NCBI GenBank assembly: GCA_904063045.1
Contig: CAJFCJ010000018.1
Location: 930,001-994,000, forward strand
DNA from: Dimorphilus gyrociliatus
Lineage: Eukaryota; Animalia; Annelida
Direction: 5' to 3'
DNA: 64,000 bases
Shown here: positions 39,961 to 52,175 of the stretch, one piece after another
Position numbering within the stretch: position 1 is the first letter of the stretch
How the letters are laid out: every line of letters starts with the position of its first letter
The notes under the pieces: generated by a model
What the model saw: the letters and a program-made list of their open reading frames with translations, nothing else
Database searches by the model: none
What the model was told of the DNA's origin: nothing
Translations under genes and position numbers: made by a program

Positions 39961-42581
39961 ATGGCGCCCTCTACAGAGAAAAAAGCCGATGAAGGTAAAA
40001 TATCATAGAATAAAAGTTATACTAAGTTTGATTATCCTACCAATACTTTTAATTTATTTTACTATAATAAGAGTACATTTTTTTCAAATAAATTCAGGTG
40101 TTTATAATATTAGATTGTGTATTTAAGTTAATTTTTCGTGCGGTTCTTTTTTCAGACGATTCTAAGAAAGAAACTAAATCTGAAGATTTAAGAGGTGAGC
40201 TATTTACATAACGTTATTACGGCTAAATAACATAAAGAATAAATTATAAGATCCAGAAGAAGTTCGTCGTACTGCTCTTGCTGCTATTGGTATAGGTTTC
40301 GTCTGCATTATTATTGGCTTACCACTATGGTGGAAATTAACCGAAGTTTATCGAGCTTCACTACCCTATGGTGATATCACAAAGTTACACTCGTCTGAGG
40401 TAAAGTTCATATCTTTTAAAGACCTTCAAAAGAATTTTATTAAATTATTATGATACTCTTTCCACCATAATCAGTCTACTAGCATTTCAATTAGAGCTAG
40501 AATAACCGTAGAAAATATTGCAGATATCCGCAAGAGTTAACATCAAAATAATTGATTTTGGCATAAGCGATAATAAAGAATTGGAGGATGACTTTAATAA
40601 AGCTTTTAAATCATTTAATAATGAATATTTAAAAATTTCATATTATGTTACACTATCAAAAGCAACTGACAAGCTCAAATCGAACTATAAAGCTTCAAAA
40701 GATTTACAAAGTAAGAACAAATTTGGAATATTATTTGTAATTAATTAATTAGTCTTGTCTGTCATCAATAATAGAAGTCTAACACTCTTTTATATTTAGA
40801 TTTTGAAGCACAAATAGATGACGACATCAAAGAAGATATACAAATTTACCTATTACCAGAAAATTCTCATCTGTTTGATAATTCTAAATTGGTTGTTGGT
40901 CTGAAGAATTTCATGTTTCACTTTGGCTCAGTAAATGATTTATCAAATATTGTTTATCTAGTTAAGGATGTATTCGTTGAAGAAGACAGAATTTTTGCTG
41001 GTTTAGTAAGGAATAAAGGGGAGGTTTCGCATAAAGTAATAATTTTTTATTAATAATATAATATTATAATATTATTTAAACAAAATTTTCTTTATCTTTT
41101 CATAATAGCACAAAAAAGAAACAGTAATGAGTTTACAATCGGTTCCCTCCTACGAAGTGACATTTACATTGTTAAATCCTCAACCGGATGAATTTGATGT
41201 TTCTTGGGATATACCAGACGCAATTAAAAGTAACTCTTTCCAAATTTAGCTAACCTTTATAAATCAATTGACATTTTGTGTTAACTTTTAGATTATTTGC
41301 AAGATTTTCTCACAGTATTCGAAAAGTATAATATCCCATTTGATGTAAAATCACAGGTAAAATTCTCTTTATGTCTTTCCCTTCATACACCAAATCGTAA
41401 CAGGACGTTAGTATAATTGTAATTATTATCTTTTTAGTATATGTATCATACTTCATTAAACATTAACCCAAAACGAAATAACGATGGTTACTCTTTGTCT
41501 TACTCTGATATTCAACTGCTAATTAATCCAATAGATACGAAATTAAGTGAGTAATTTTTTACTTATATTTTCTTAGAATTGTAAATCCTACTATTTTCTA
41601 CTCATTTTCAGGTTCACATTTGTCAAAATGGCCAAATTTGAATTTGGTCTTGTACGTTACACCTAAACGACATATTCCGTTATCAATTCAAAGAGAAGAT
41701 GAGACAGAAGCTGAATCATTTATTAACGCTCGATGGGGAGGAGTTACTATTTTTAATTCTAACTTTTCAAAGGATGCAAAATTACCAATCAAAGTGGAAG
41801 TTGATGCTCCACAAACAATGTTAACTTTTATTAAACATCTGAGAATCCTACTAGACTTTGAAGATGCTGAACAGAAATATATCGATGGAATTAAATTTTT
41901 ACAAAATGATGGATTGAGCATGACAAAATGGGTATAAGAACTTTCATTGGCCTAATTTTTTTTTCTATATATTTTCATTTTAATATAGGAAATAAATAGA
42001 TGGATAAGGCGTAAAACAATTGAAAATATTGGCAACGTCGGTGCAACTTTAAACTCCCTAACTGAGCTGGTAAATAAAATTCGTAATATGATTATTAACG
42101 ATGATATTGGTAAAGAAGTCGAGAAAGCTTTGCAATATGCACAAGAAGCAAAAAGAGCCTTGGAAAAGGATGATATCAAAACAGCCTTTCCGTTTTCTAG
42201 AAAAGCTTTTCTTGCGGCTGGTTAGTAAATCTTTTACTGTATAGAGAGAATAGCATTTGTTTTTGTAACTCTCATTTTTTCTTTATAATTCTCTACTTTA
42301 AATTTAAAATTGTTTATCTTTCAGATACTGCTTTTTTCGATCAATCTTTATTAGAATTACTTTACTTTCCTGAAGATCAGAAGTAAGTTAATCTAATAAT
42401 ATTTTTTCTTATACCTATGTTTTTTATGTTATACTTTTATATAAGGTTCGCTATTTATATTCCACTATTCTTACCTATTGGATTTCCTGTTATAATGGCA
42501 AGTTTTCAAGCTTTAAAATACTTTAAAGAAAAATTGAAAGAAAGCAAGGAAACTAATAAGAAGAAGGTGAAGAGCGAATGA
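39961..42581 (+). CDS. PIGS: GPI transamidase component PIG-S
   Basis: IGLPLWWKLTEVYRASLPY, FINARWGGVTIFN, TAFFDQSLLELLYFPEDQK|FAIYIPLFLPIGFP. Confidence 0.95.
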
Positions 42582-42899
42582 AAGAATTTTTTTAAAACAC
42601 CTATTTAACTTATTGTTTTTGTTACTTTACTTGTAAAGATAGTAATGATAATAGTAATAATAAAAGAGATCACAAAGTCTTTCAAGTATTAACAAAGTTA
42701 TATTAATATAATAATAAATATATCTGTTTTATGTACAATGTATGTATGTAAATATCTATCAATATATATATATATATATTTTTGTATGTATAAGCAACTG
42801 ATATAACAATTAAATAAGATACTATTCTTCATGAAACAAAAATGCAAAGAATTTCATTATATATGGACTGAGCATTCCATTTATAGCTGATTTTTCTTC

Positions 42900-45520
42900 T
42901 ATATTAGCAATTTCCTTTTAATTTAACATCAAACCTATTTTTAGATGGAGATTAAGAATTAATATCCTGACATAATCTTAAGGGAATTAATTGATTTCAC
43001 TTACTCAAGGATTTCTTTCGGAACAAAGATATAATCCGTTGAAATATTTTCTTTTAAGTTCTTTAAATTCCTAATATATTTCACCTTGTTTCGGAAATTC
43101 GAACTGTATCCATAAATATTGTATTATTATCTATTATTTAAGGAAATAAGAGCAAAAAGTATACCTACCTATAAAATGGTTTTGCCATAATAAACAAAGT
43201 TTTCAGCCACATCGTTGGATGAACAATTAGTAATCGTTTTAAATTCTTTTTTAGCTTCTTATCAATCATATCACAACATTTTTTTAGCCAGATAAGAGAA
43301 GGCAATTTATTTTTTGGTGATGCTCCATGAAAGAAAACGATTACATAATCGTCCATAACCAAAAGTTCTAGTGTAGATATCACGTACAAGAATAAGTTAT
43401 CCATAATATAGTCATAATCCTTAAGCTTTTTATCTGGTAGATAACAAGTACAAAATACAATAATCGCTTTAAAACCTTCTTCATAATATCCTGTATTAAA
43501 ATTATTGATTATTGAGCTATATTTAAAATTATTAGCAATGTTGATCATTACCCCCATGAGAGATTACTTTCTTATAAGGTTCAATGACTCTGACATCGAT
43601 CTCGTACTCTTGTTCTGCTATGCAAACAATTTGCCAATTGTTGTTCGTAAATTTTTCATCTAGCTCATCAATCGTAGATGTTGTTTCAATGGTATTATCG
43701 TCATCGAAATCGAAGGAAAATTCAAAATCTGGTAAGATCTTTCTCTTAGGTAGATCACTATTCGTTTGGGAGTTGATATCTTTAAGGGAAATCATAGTTA
43801 GATATTATGTATGACAATATTGATATCTAAATAAGAATTTTTTTCACCACTTACTTGGGGAGTTAGACGCAAGATCTCCATTTTCATTCGTCTTGTTCTA
43901 CAAAGGAATTTTTTAATACTGTCAATAGGCAATGTTTTCTCTACATGATAGACGTATTTATGGTTATACAGGCTTATTTAGGACAAATAATATGTCTTGT
44001 TTCATTAAAAAAGAAAATAGAAATAATATTAAAAGAAGAGAAAATGACCAGAGAAGAAGGTAAATAATTAACCTGATTAACAGATATAACATTTTTATAT
44101 AACGTATCAAAATTCTCATCATCTTCCAATTCATCTGAGCTATTTATATCAAAATCTGATAGATTTAAACTTTCAGTTCTAGACAATTTCTCATTCTTAT
44201 GTTTTTCAGCGGCTATACTATCTATGCCACTATCAGCTGAGCAAGTTTCCTTTATAATATCCATAGCTAATCTCTAAACTTTTAATATCGTATAAACGCT
44301 ATAAATAAAAATTGTATTTATAGTATCTTCAATCTCATCTCAAAAGAGCTAAGAGGTAAATGAAGGTAGATTGAAACACAGAAACGTGACAAATCTTCCT
44401 TCAATTCGTGATAATACTGGTAGTGAGTAAGAATTTATACAATGTGAAATATTTCATTTCAGCAACTCGAAGCAGGGGAGAACGTAAGGGGGGCCAAAAT
44501 GTGTTAAATTTATAATAAAAGGGGGGAGGTGAGCCAGGCTTATGACAGGTAGCGGGTGGGGGCGAGACAAGGTTTTTGGTGGGAAACTAGGTATAAGATT
44601 TAGCTGAATTTGTTGTTTAAGTTGTAACGCAAATAAGGCCTATAAACAGATTTTACATAGACGGAAATCCGGAAGTTTTTTTCACATATTTTATTTAAAA
44701 AAATAATAATTCAAGAAAAGAATATACTAATTGTAATATCTTATCTTAATCTCGTGTCAAAATTCGACAAGATAGATAGATAGATAGAGAGTGAGAGATA
44801 GAGAGAGAGAGAATAAGATGATGAAAATATAATATATGATTACTTGACAGCTTCTTAAGTAAATAAATATAAAATATATATAAGATATATATTTGTGCAT
44901 ATAATATGTTAAAGGAATTAGGGTTGTTTTGTATAGCTTACCAAATTCTTTTTAAATTGAATTGGTCCGTCTAAAGCTTTTGTGAAACTAGTACTCTCAA
45001 CATCCATGTCATTTAAGCTTGAAGTAACAATATCCATATTACCACCTAGAATGTCGAAGTTAGGTAAATATTGTATTTCAACTGGGCATTCTGTTTCATC
45101 ATAGAATATTTCGTTCAGTAATTCATCTGTCAAAGGTGGTTCATAACTGATGAGAGCCTCGTTAATTATCTGTTTAGCCAAACAATAATCTACAGCCTCA
45201 TGAGGAATTTTGTAATCAAAAGAAGTTGAGTGAGATCTGATAACGTTTGCTAGTGTAAAATTCTGAATATCGTGTAAATGGGAATCACTTTTCCTCCCAC
45301 GAAGATTTGACGCTTCGACTATATTAGAATTTTCTAAAATAGTCATATTTTCTCTCATAAATGACTTTATCTTAGGAACATTTTCAAAACTATCTTTTCT
45401 CCTTCCTTGAAAATTTGACAAACAATTGGCAGTTTGATTACTTCCGTTGCCTTGATAATTGTCAAAAGTATTAGCTTCCCTTAAACTTATGTTATCCGAA
45501 CTCTTAATTTCCGTATCCAT
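42900..45520 (-). CDS. BNIP2/caytaxin-family protein: acidic low-complexity N-terminus plus BCH (CRAL-TRIO) domain; last exon uncertain
   Basis: IDVRVIEPYKKVISHGG, AIIVFCTCYLP, YIMDNLFLYVISTLELLV, KKLKKNLKRLLIVHPTMW, SSNFRNKVKYI. Exon 45520-44939 joins in phase 0 to RLAMDIIKET. Confidence 0.88.
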
Positions 45521-45667
45521 TAAAATTAATCAAATAAATATATATATTTTTTTTCCTTTCTGTAATTTATAACAATAAATAATATATCTGAAGAGAGGAA
45601 TAAAAAAAACATTGATTAAAAATGTATAAACAATAACTGAAAATAGACCTACTTACCTGTGAAAAAC

Positions 45668-48600
45668 TTAATCTTGAAAAAAAGACAAGCTTTTAAGGAA
45701 AAGTGGTAGAATAACCTTTCTAGACGCCTTCACATTACGCTGTATGAAAGCAGAGGTAAAACGTTGTGACGCTGCAGGCAAGTCAAGTCTATCTAAGTCC
45801 AAAGACGGTTCTCGACAATTCGTTAATATTTTCACTGCCTGGAAGTGAAAAAATGAATAACTTTTAACATATGAAAACTACAAAACATTCTCTTCGTTTC
45901 TCTAAATATCAACGAGCAAAAATCAATATTTGTGTAACGTTATACTTTTATTTCTAGATAGTGAACTTTTAAAAGGAAACAATAAAAAGAAATAATAAGA
46001 GATACTAGAGACAAGGGGGAGGAAACGTGTAGCCCAGCAGGTATTGCATTAACGGTTGTCACGAAACCTTGAAGCCGGACATGTGTTGTATTGTCATTAA
46101 AATAATCTAATTCTCTGAAGTTTCTGCATTCAATGACAAACAGAGTAAAAATAATTCGTCGAGAGACAATACAAATAGAATCATCAAAGCACATTGTTAA
46201 AAAGGTAGGAGAAGATAAAATAAAATAAATGAACAAGAGCCAGAGAGGGAGTAAAAGAATTGGAGATGTGGCGAAGGGGAGAGAGAGGAGAGAGAGAGAG
46301 AAAATATGCACTATTTATTAAACTAACTTCAAAAGCAAATTCCCCTTTTACACAACACTATATCACGACTACTCCCCCTCTCTCTTTCATGTTTTTATCA
46401 TTTTCTCTGACGTTTTTGTCATTTATTTTATTTGAGCACAATAGGCCTAGCTAAAACTAGACTACATAAATTCATTACGGTTCATCTTTAAATAAATAAT
46501 TTATATCACATTTCCTTCCTGATTTATGAATTAGCAAGGAGGAGGAGAGAGCGTAAAGAATATTATGGTTAAATACCCTATACTTATCAAAGTTTAATCT
46601 TTGTTCTTCCTATTTACTTTAAAGGACGCATCTATTTTTATATAAATATATAATAAATGTATATTATATTGTAAATTGCCGTAGAAATGGCTTACAAAAT
46701 ACAAAAAATTTATTTGGCTTTATTAGTCAATGTAGCGAATAAAATTCTCTTTTAGGTCGATTGAGTAATTTGAACTAAATACAGAGACAGAGAGAGAGAG
46801 AGAAAGAAACAAAAAAACAAGTGAATAATTAACAAAATAGAGTAGAAAGTTAAGGTTTTTTCTAAAAGTTCTTGTATAAACGATAAATACTACGCTGTAG
46901 GCATTTTCCACTTGTTATCACAAGAATAATTATAGAATATGAAGAAATACGACTATTAAAAAAATCAATACATATATATAATATAGTTGTATATAACAAA
47001 TCGAATCTTTCTTTAGACCAGTCGTTTGAAAATAGTAGTCAGTTTATCAAACTAACAAATAAATAGAACAGAATTTCTTTACAATTAAAGCGTAATAATT
47101 GACTATTTTCATAGAAAAAAAGGAGATAGGGGTTGCAAAATAATAGTACAGTCTACTGTAATTGACTAATTTAGTCATGTTATTCCTAATATATAAGTTG
47201 TTCTATATAATAGAGAATATTTTAGAGATTATAATAGATATTATTAAATACTTTTTTATATGAATTGCGTTAAAGTCAAATAGTATTGAATATAATGAAC
47301 GTCACTTACAAATTATGAATTTATGTCCATAAATCAGATTGGAGAAAATGTAAAGAACTTTTCATGTTAATTGCACGAAGTTTACTAAACACTACAGTTC
47401 TTCGAATCTTAATAATACCCTCGTGAATAAACTCGAACAATAGGTGGCGCTATATTTCTATTACGAACCTCCTCTTTTATCTTGTTATTTTCTGAATAAA
47501 CTGCAATTTCACGTTTTGTGGTATTATCCTCAGTAACGAACAATACCATAATAACGACAAGGTTTAACGAAAATAGCTTAGAAAATTCTCTCAATTCTCC
47601 AAAGACGTTGTCCTTATTAAAGAATGTCTAAAAACAGAGACAGAACATAAATTAAGCATAACATAATTATTCTATTTATTAATTAGTACAACAATTGTTA
47701 TTAAAACATCTATATAATGGGAATAAATTAACTTACAAGTAGCGGAAGCGGTATTGAACTAATTCCAATTTTAATATTTGCATCGTTGATAATCTTCACA
47801 TCTTTCCTTAAGATTTCCACAAGTGTAAGACCTTGAAGAGAGAGAGAGAGAGAGAGAATATAACAAAGATTTATTATAATTAATTAATTAATTAATTTTT
47901 ACTTGAAACATCAGTTTTCGCTTTAAAGTACTCATTAAAAATTTCAGTATGGTCTATGTTTGGTAGATATTTTCTTTCCAATTGATTTAATATGATTTTA
48001 TCTTTTTCTGTTACTATATCAGCTTCTTTGGATAGATTTATAGTATCCAGAATGATTGTAGCTACGTAAACATTCAAGATGTAAAAATCGATTAATTTCA
48101 TTTTTAAATAATTAATTTACTGTATAGCATTTCGGCCAAATGTTTGTCAATTGTAATACTTGAGTTTAAAATTAGCTCAGCTATCAAAGTACTACAAGAG
48201 CCAACTTTTTCTATTTTAGTTTTAACTCTGTAAATGAAAGTATAATTACTATAAATTAAAGACAAAAGTGTAATTAACCTTTCATCATCAACCCATTGCT
48301 TTCGATGATGATCAACAATGTAGGTAATGCACGGTTTGAGAGGTATTTCGTCTTCGGATAATGTATTTCTATCAACAAGGACAACCTCAAGCTTTCCTTT
48401 TTCTTTATAATCAATTAAATTAATATCATCTTTGAAATGGAGGAAAGATGAACTTATTCCGTATTTATCAAAGAGGTGTTTAACTTCCGTTTTCAAAGGA
48501 TAGTCCTCTTTATTGATATTCAATACTGGTATTGTTTTTGCATTATCTGTCTCACTTGTCTGAATTAAAAGTATCTCTTATGAAAAGATGATTATTTCTA

Positions 48601-48849
48601 AAAAAAAAAACACTTGAAACTAAAAGAAACCTTATGCAAATAGTATCCAAAAGAGACAGCGGAAGCAGCTGAATCTAAGTCACAGGCACTGTTTCCTATA
48701 ACTGCTCTCAAGATATTGTTTCCTCTTATGTTCGCCTGTAAACAAGAAAAATTTGCAATATTTTATAAGCTTTGTGTTTACTTTTAGCATTCGTATTTAC
48801 TGACAATAGCTGTTTTACACCATTCTAAATATTTTGCTATTTCTCCCAT
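45668..48849 (-). CDS. PRUNE: Prune exopolyphosphatase (DHH + DHHA2)
   Basis: VIGNSACDLDSAASA, IVDHH, VGSCSTLIAE, KREIAVYS. The last exon AVKILTNC...QRNVKASRKVILPLFLKSLSFFQD* matches the PRUNE1 end QGNTQVSRKKLLPLL. Confidence 0.92.
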
Positions 48850-49585
48850 AATGTTTCTTCTATTCAATGGTGATTGGAGTTAATTAAAAGGTGTTGAAAT
48901 GTCACAGGCTGATAGTGTGATATAGGAGACCAGCGAATTAGAAGAAGAGGATATTATGTGCTCTGTAAATTTTTACACTTTCTATAATAACGAAAACCCT
49001 TCGTCTCTCAGATTAAACTAAATGCTTTATCGCTTTTTAAAGCAGACGACACCGCCATATTATAAAGAGAAATTCCAACTCTAAATCCTAGTTGTCTGTC
49101 GTCGGGAAACTAATTAAAAAGTGACATTTGAAGTAGAAAGAATAGTTAATATATTGTGTCATTTTAATATAAGAAACACATGTTTAAAGTACTAGTTAGT
49201 AGCAAACTATTACTTTAAACTAAAAAAGAAATTATGAATATATAAATGATGTTATTTATACTTTCAGGTTTTATTTTATGACTTTATATCCAAAAATATT
49301 AATTAATATACTAATTTTATCAGATATATTTTTTATATTTATATTTTCTTTGGTACTTCACATCTTATTCAATAATATCAACTGTAAAAATGATCTTTTT
49401 CGAAACTTAGGCCTATGCGGCAATAATATCAATATTATTTTATTATTAAGATAAAATATTTAATTTATTTTAATTTTTCCGTGTGATTATTTATTAAAAA
49501 AAGCAAAAGTTTTATGTGTTTTTACGAGAATCCAGCGGGAAAAATAACGCCACCTACAGTTAGTTAAATTTCAAAGTGTGGCAAT

Positions 49586-50291
49586 ATGAGCGGGCAAGAA
49601 AGATGTTATCCATTGAGTAAACATGTAATTTAATTTAACATTTTTATGCTTGCCTTTCAATAGCTATTAATATGTTTTTATAATTGATTACTATGCTATT
49701 GTATATCACGTTAAAATCAGTTAAAATTTTTGTTAAAAAATGAACGATAATACAGATCTTGGTTGAAATTACTAATGGTACAGTCGATATTTCATGGATT
49801 GAATTTGATGACAGAATTCTCATAAACATAACTCAATTTGGTAAATTTGGAACATTAGTGAGTATCTTTTACTATGGCTTACTCAGCACAAAAAATTATT
49901 ATTCCATATGAAATCGTTATCTACTATTAGTACTATCCAAATATTTATAAATAATACTAATCAATTCATTTATGTGTCTTAAAGATCCATTCTTGCAAGG
50001 ACGTTAATCCTGAAGCCTCAAGATATAGTCTTCAAACAAGTGATCCTGTTAGCTTCACTAACAAGGTCCTTTTTGGTATCGAAAAGGTAATATTATAAAA
50101 CACAAACATCAATCAATTATTATATTCAAATTTACTTATAGCCTGAAATGTTGATGCTGACGAGATCTTTAACGGCGAAATTAGACAGAAATAAACCATT
50201 GTTATATTCCTTGTCTCTTAAAGACTTTTCCATAGAAACTTTAAAAATTATAGAGAACTCTATTGTAGATTTAGGTTCCAATTTAGCTTAA
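49586..50291 (+). CDS. PSMG3: Proteasome assembly chaperone 3 (PAC3), 4 exons, absent from the ORF track; head-to-head with Prune
   Basis: MSGQERCYPLSKH|ILVEITNGTVDISWIEFDDRILINITQFGKFGTL|IHSC...FTNKVLFGIEK|PEMLMLTRSL...LLYSLSLKDFSIETLKII matches PAC3 (HILVVVTQFGKMGTL; TTKVLLGQDEP). Confidence 0.9.
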
Positions 50292-50350
50292 GGTTAAAAT
50301 GTTAATATTAAAAATAAAATTTAAAACTGCTGATTAAATTTTACTTAGAG

Positions 50351-50632
50351 TTATATCTCAGTTTTGCACTGATAAAGATAACTCAACTCCTGTAGGAGTG
50401 TAAGTTATCTGGTAAATCAGAAAGTTTCGAGAGTAAATCCACTATTAAATACCAATCCAAACTGTATAGTGGTGTATATGTCATTGATGATAAACATAAG
50501 ATTCGGAAAACTTAACGAAGATTCTTCCAAAAACCATTCTAAAAGTAGAAGAATCTTTTGGTAGAATAAGTCCGAAAGATTATAATTTAAAAGTTCCAGC
50601 TGAATCAACTTTAATGTTTCCTTAAAAACTTC
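50351..50632 (-). other. Unresolved coding-like segment between PSMG3 and IMP4
   Basis: An open helical-looking frame (NDAVLEVFKETLKLIQLELL...TIQFGL) can be joined through a 63-nt GT-AG intron to ELSYLYQCKTEI*, but I found no in-frame start exon. Confidence 0.25.
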
Positions 50633-50918
50633 AAGAACAGCGTCGTTCTAGAACGGAACATTTCAGAATAATTTTTCCTTTGAGTTTGCACGCACTTTTC
50701 ATGCTGATAGTAAAGAAATTATATGTTATATATAGTTTACAATTTCTCTCGCTACATTTTTAAATCTATTTTATCTTTTTTTCATTGCGGAGTATATAAT
50801 TTATAAAACACGGTATTTAGCGTTACTCGTCTCTGGAAACTGGTGAACTTTTGAATGTTTTACAATTAAACAACGTGCTTTTTCGGTGTCGATTTGTTAA
50901 GCTTGGATCCTTATAATT

Positions 50919-51861
50919 ATGGTATTTATTTATTATTCAATAGCACTGATTAAAATATAATAATTTATCCTTAAAACAGCTACGCAGACAAACCCGCCTC
51001 CGACGGGAGTTTATATATAGAAAGTCTATAGAAGACAGGGAGAGAACTATTCGAGACAAAAAGCAAAAGCTAAAGTCAGCTGTTGACAACAATAAGATGA
51101 TAGATGGTACACTAAGGAAACAGGCAATTGAACTAGATAATGCTACAGCATGGGATGATGAAGGAGGTGAAGGAACAACCTCGACTCAGGATGACGAATA
51201 TAGATGGGCGGGAGTTTCTGATCCCAAACTAGTTCTGACGACAGCTAGAGATCCTTCTGTCAGATTAAAACAATTTGCTAAGGAAATGCGATTGATATTC
51301 CCTAATTGCAAGAGGATAAATAGAGGAAATTATGATTTAAAGCAATTAATACATGCCTGCCGAGCAAATGAAGTTTCAGATTTAGTCATCTTATCTGAAC
51401 ATCGTGGAGTTCCTGACGGAATAATTATAAGCCATTTACCTTATGGTCCAACCGCTTATTTCACTCTCCTACATACAGTTATGAGGCATGATGTTCCAGA
51501 AGCTCAAAATTCTAAAGTATCAGAAGCTTTCCCTCATCTCATATTTCAAAATTTAACGTCAAATCTCGGTAAACGTGTTACCAATATATTAAAATATCTG
51601 TTCCCTGTTCCAAAATCTGACTCAAGGAGAATAATAACTTTTTACAATAATGACGACACTATATCCTTCCGCCATCATACTTATAAAAAAGAGGGTCCGA
51701 GTAATGAACTAACAGAGGTTGGGCCTAGATTTGAAATGAAATTATTCAAAATTATCCAAGGTACATTAGAAAATGCTGACAGTGCTGACGTCGAATGGGC
51801 TCACAGACCGTTTATGAGAACGGCAAGAAAGAGAAAATTTCTATCAGAAGAGGATGATTAG
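50919..51861 (+). CDS. IMP4: U3 snoRNP protein IMP4 (Brix domain); exon 1 is the ATG only (50919-50921), exon 2 is 50980-51861
   Basis: M|LRRQTRLRREFIYRK, DDEYRWAGVSDPK, SEHRGVPDG, LTEVGPRFEMK. Confidence 0.97.
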
Positions 51862-52175
51862 ATAGACTTCCGTTCAACATTTGAACTATAGTGCATCTAT
51901 ACATAGTTAAAAAGATATTTTAGATAATACTTGAACTTTAAAAATACAAATAACAAAGTATTTATAAAAGAATATGCAAAATGTTTACTTGTTAATATGT
52001 TCGAAAGTAAATTAGACCATTTTTAATAATCATCAAAGGTTTAGAATTAAAGTTATATTAAAGACTTGTTTTTAGTTTAATTCTTTTCCGATTTGGGTCA
52101 TGAAGAGCAAAGAATATCGTATCAGAAATAGTTAACGCCTACTACTTTAGTTTGAACTCATTAGTTGTTAATGAG

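Noticed and set aside
50620-50670. MFRSRTTLFLKFLRKH resembling a syntaxin-16/Tlg2 N-peptide
   Set aside because: It stops after 16 codons and no SNARE exons follow.
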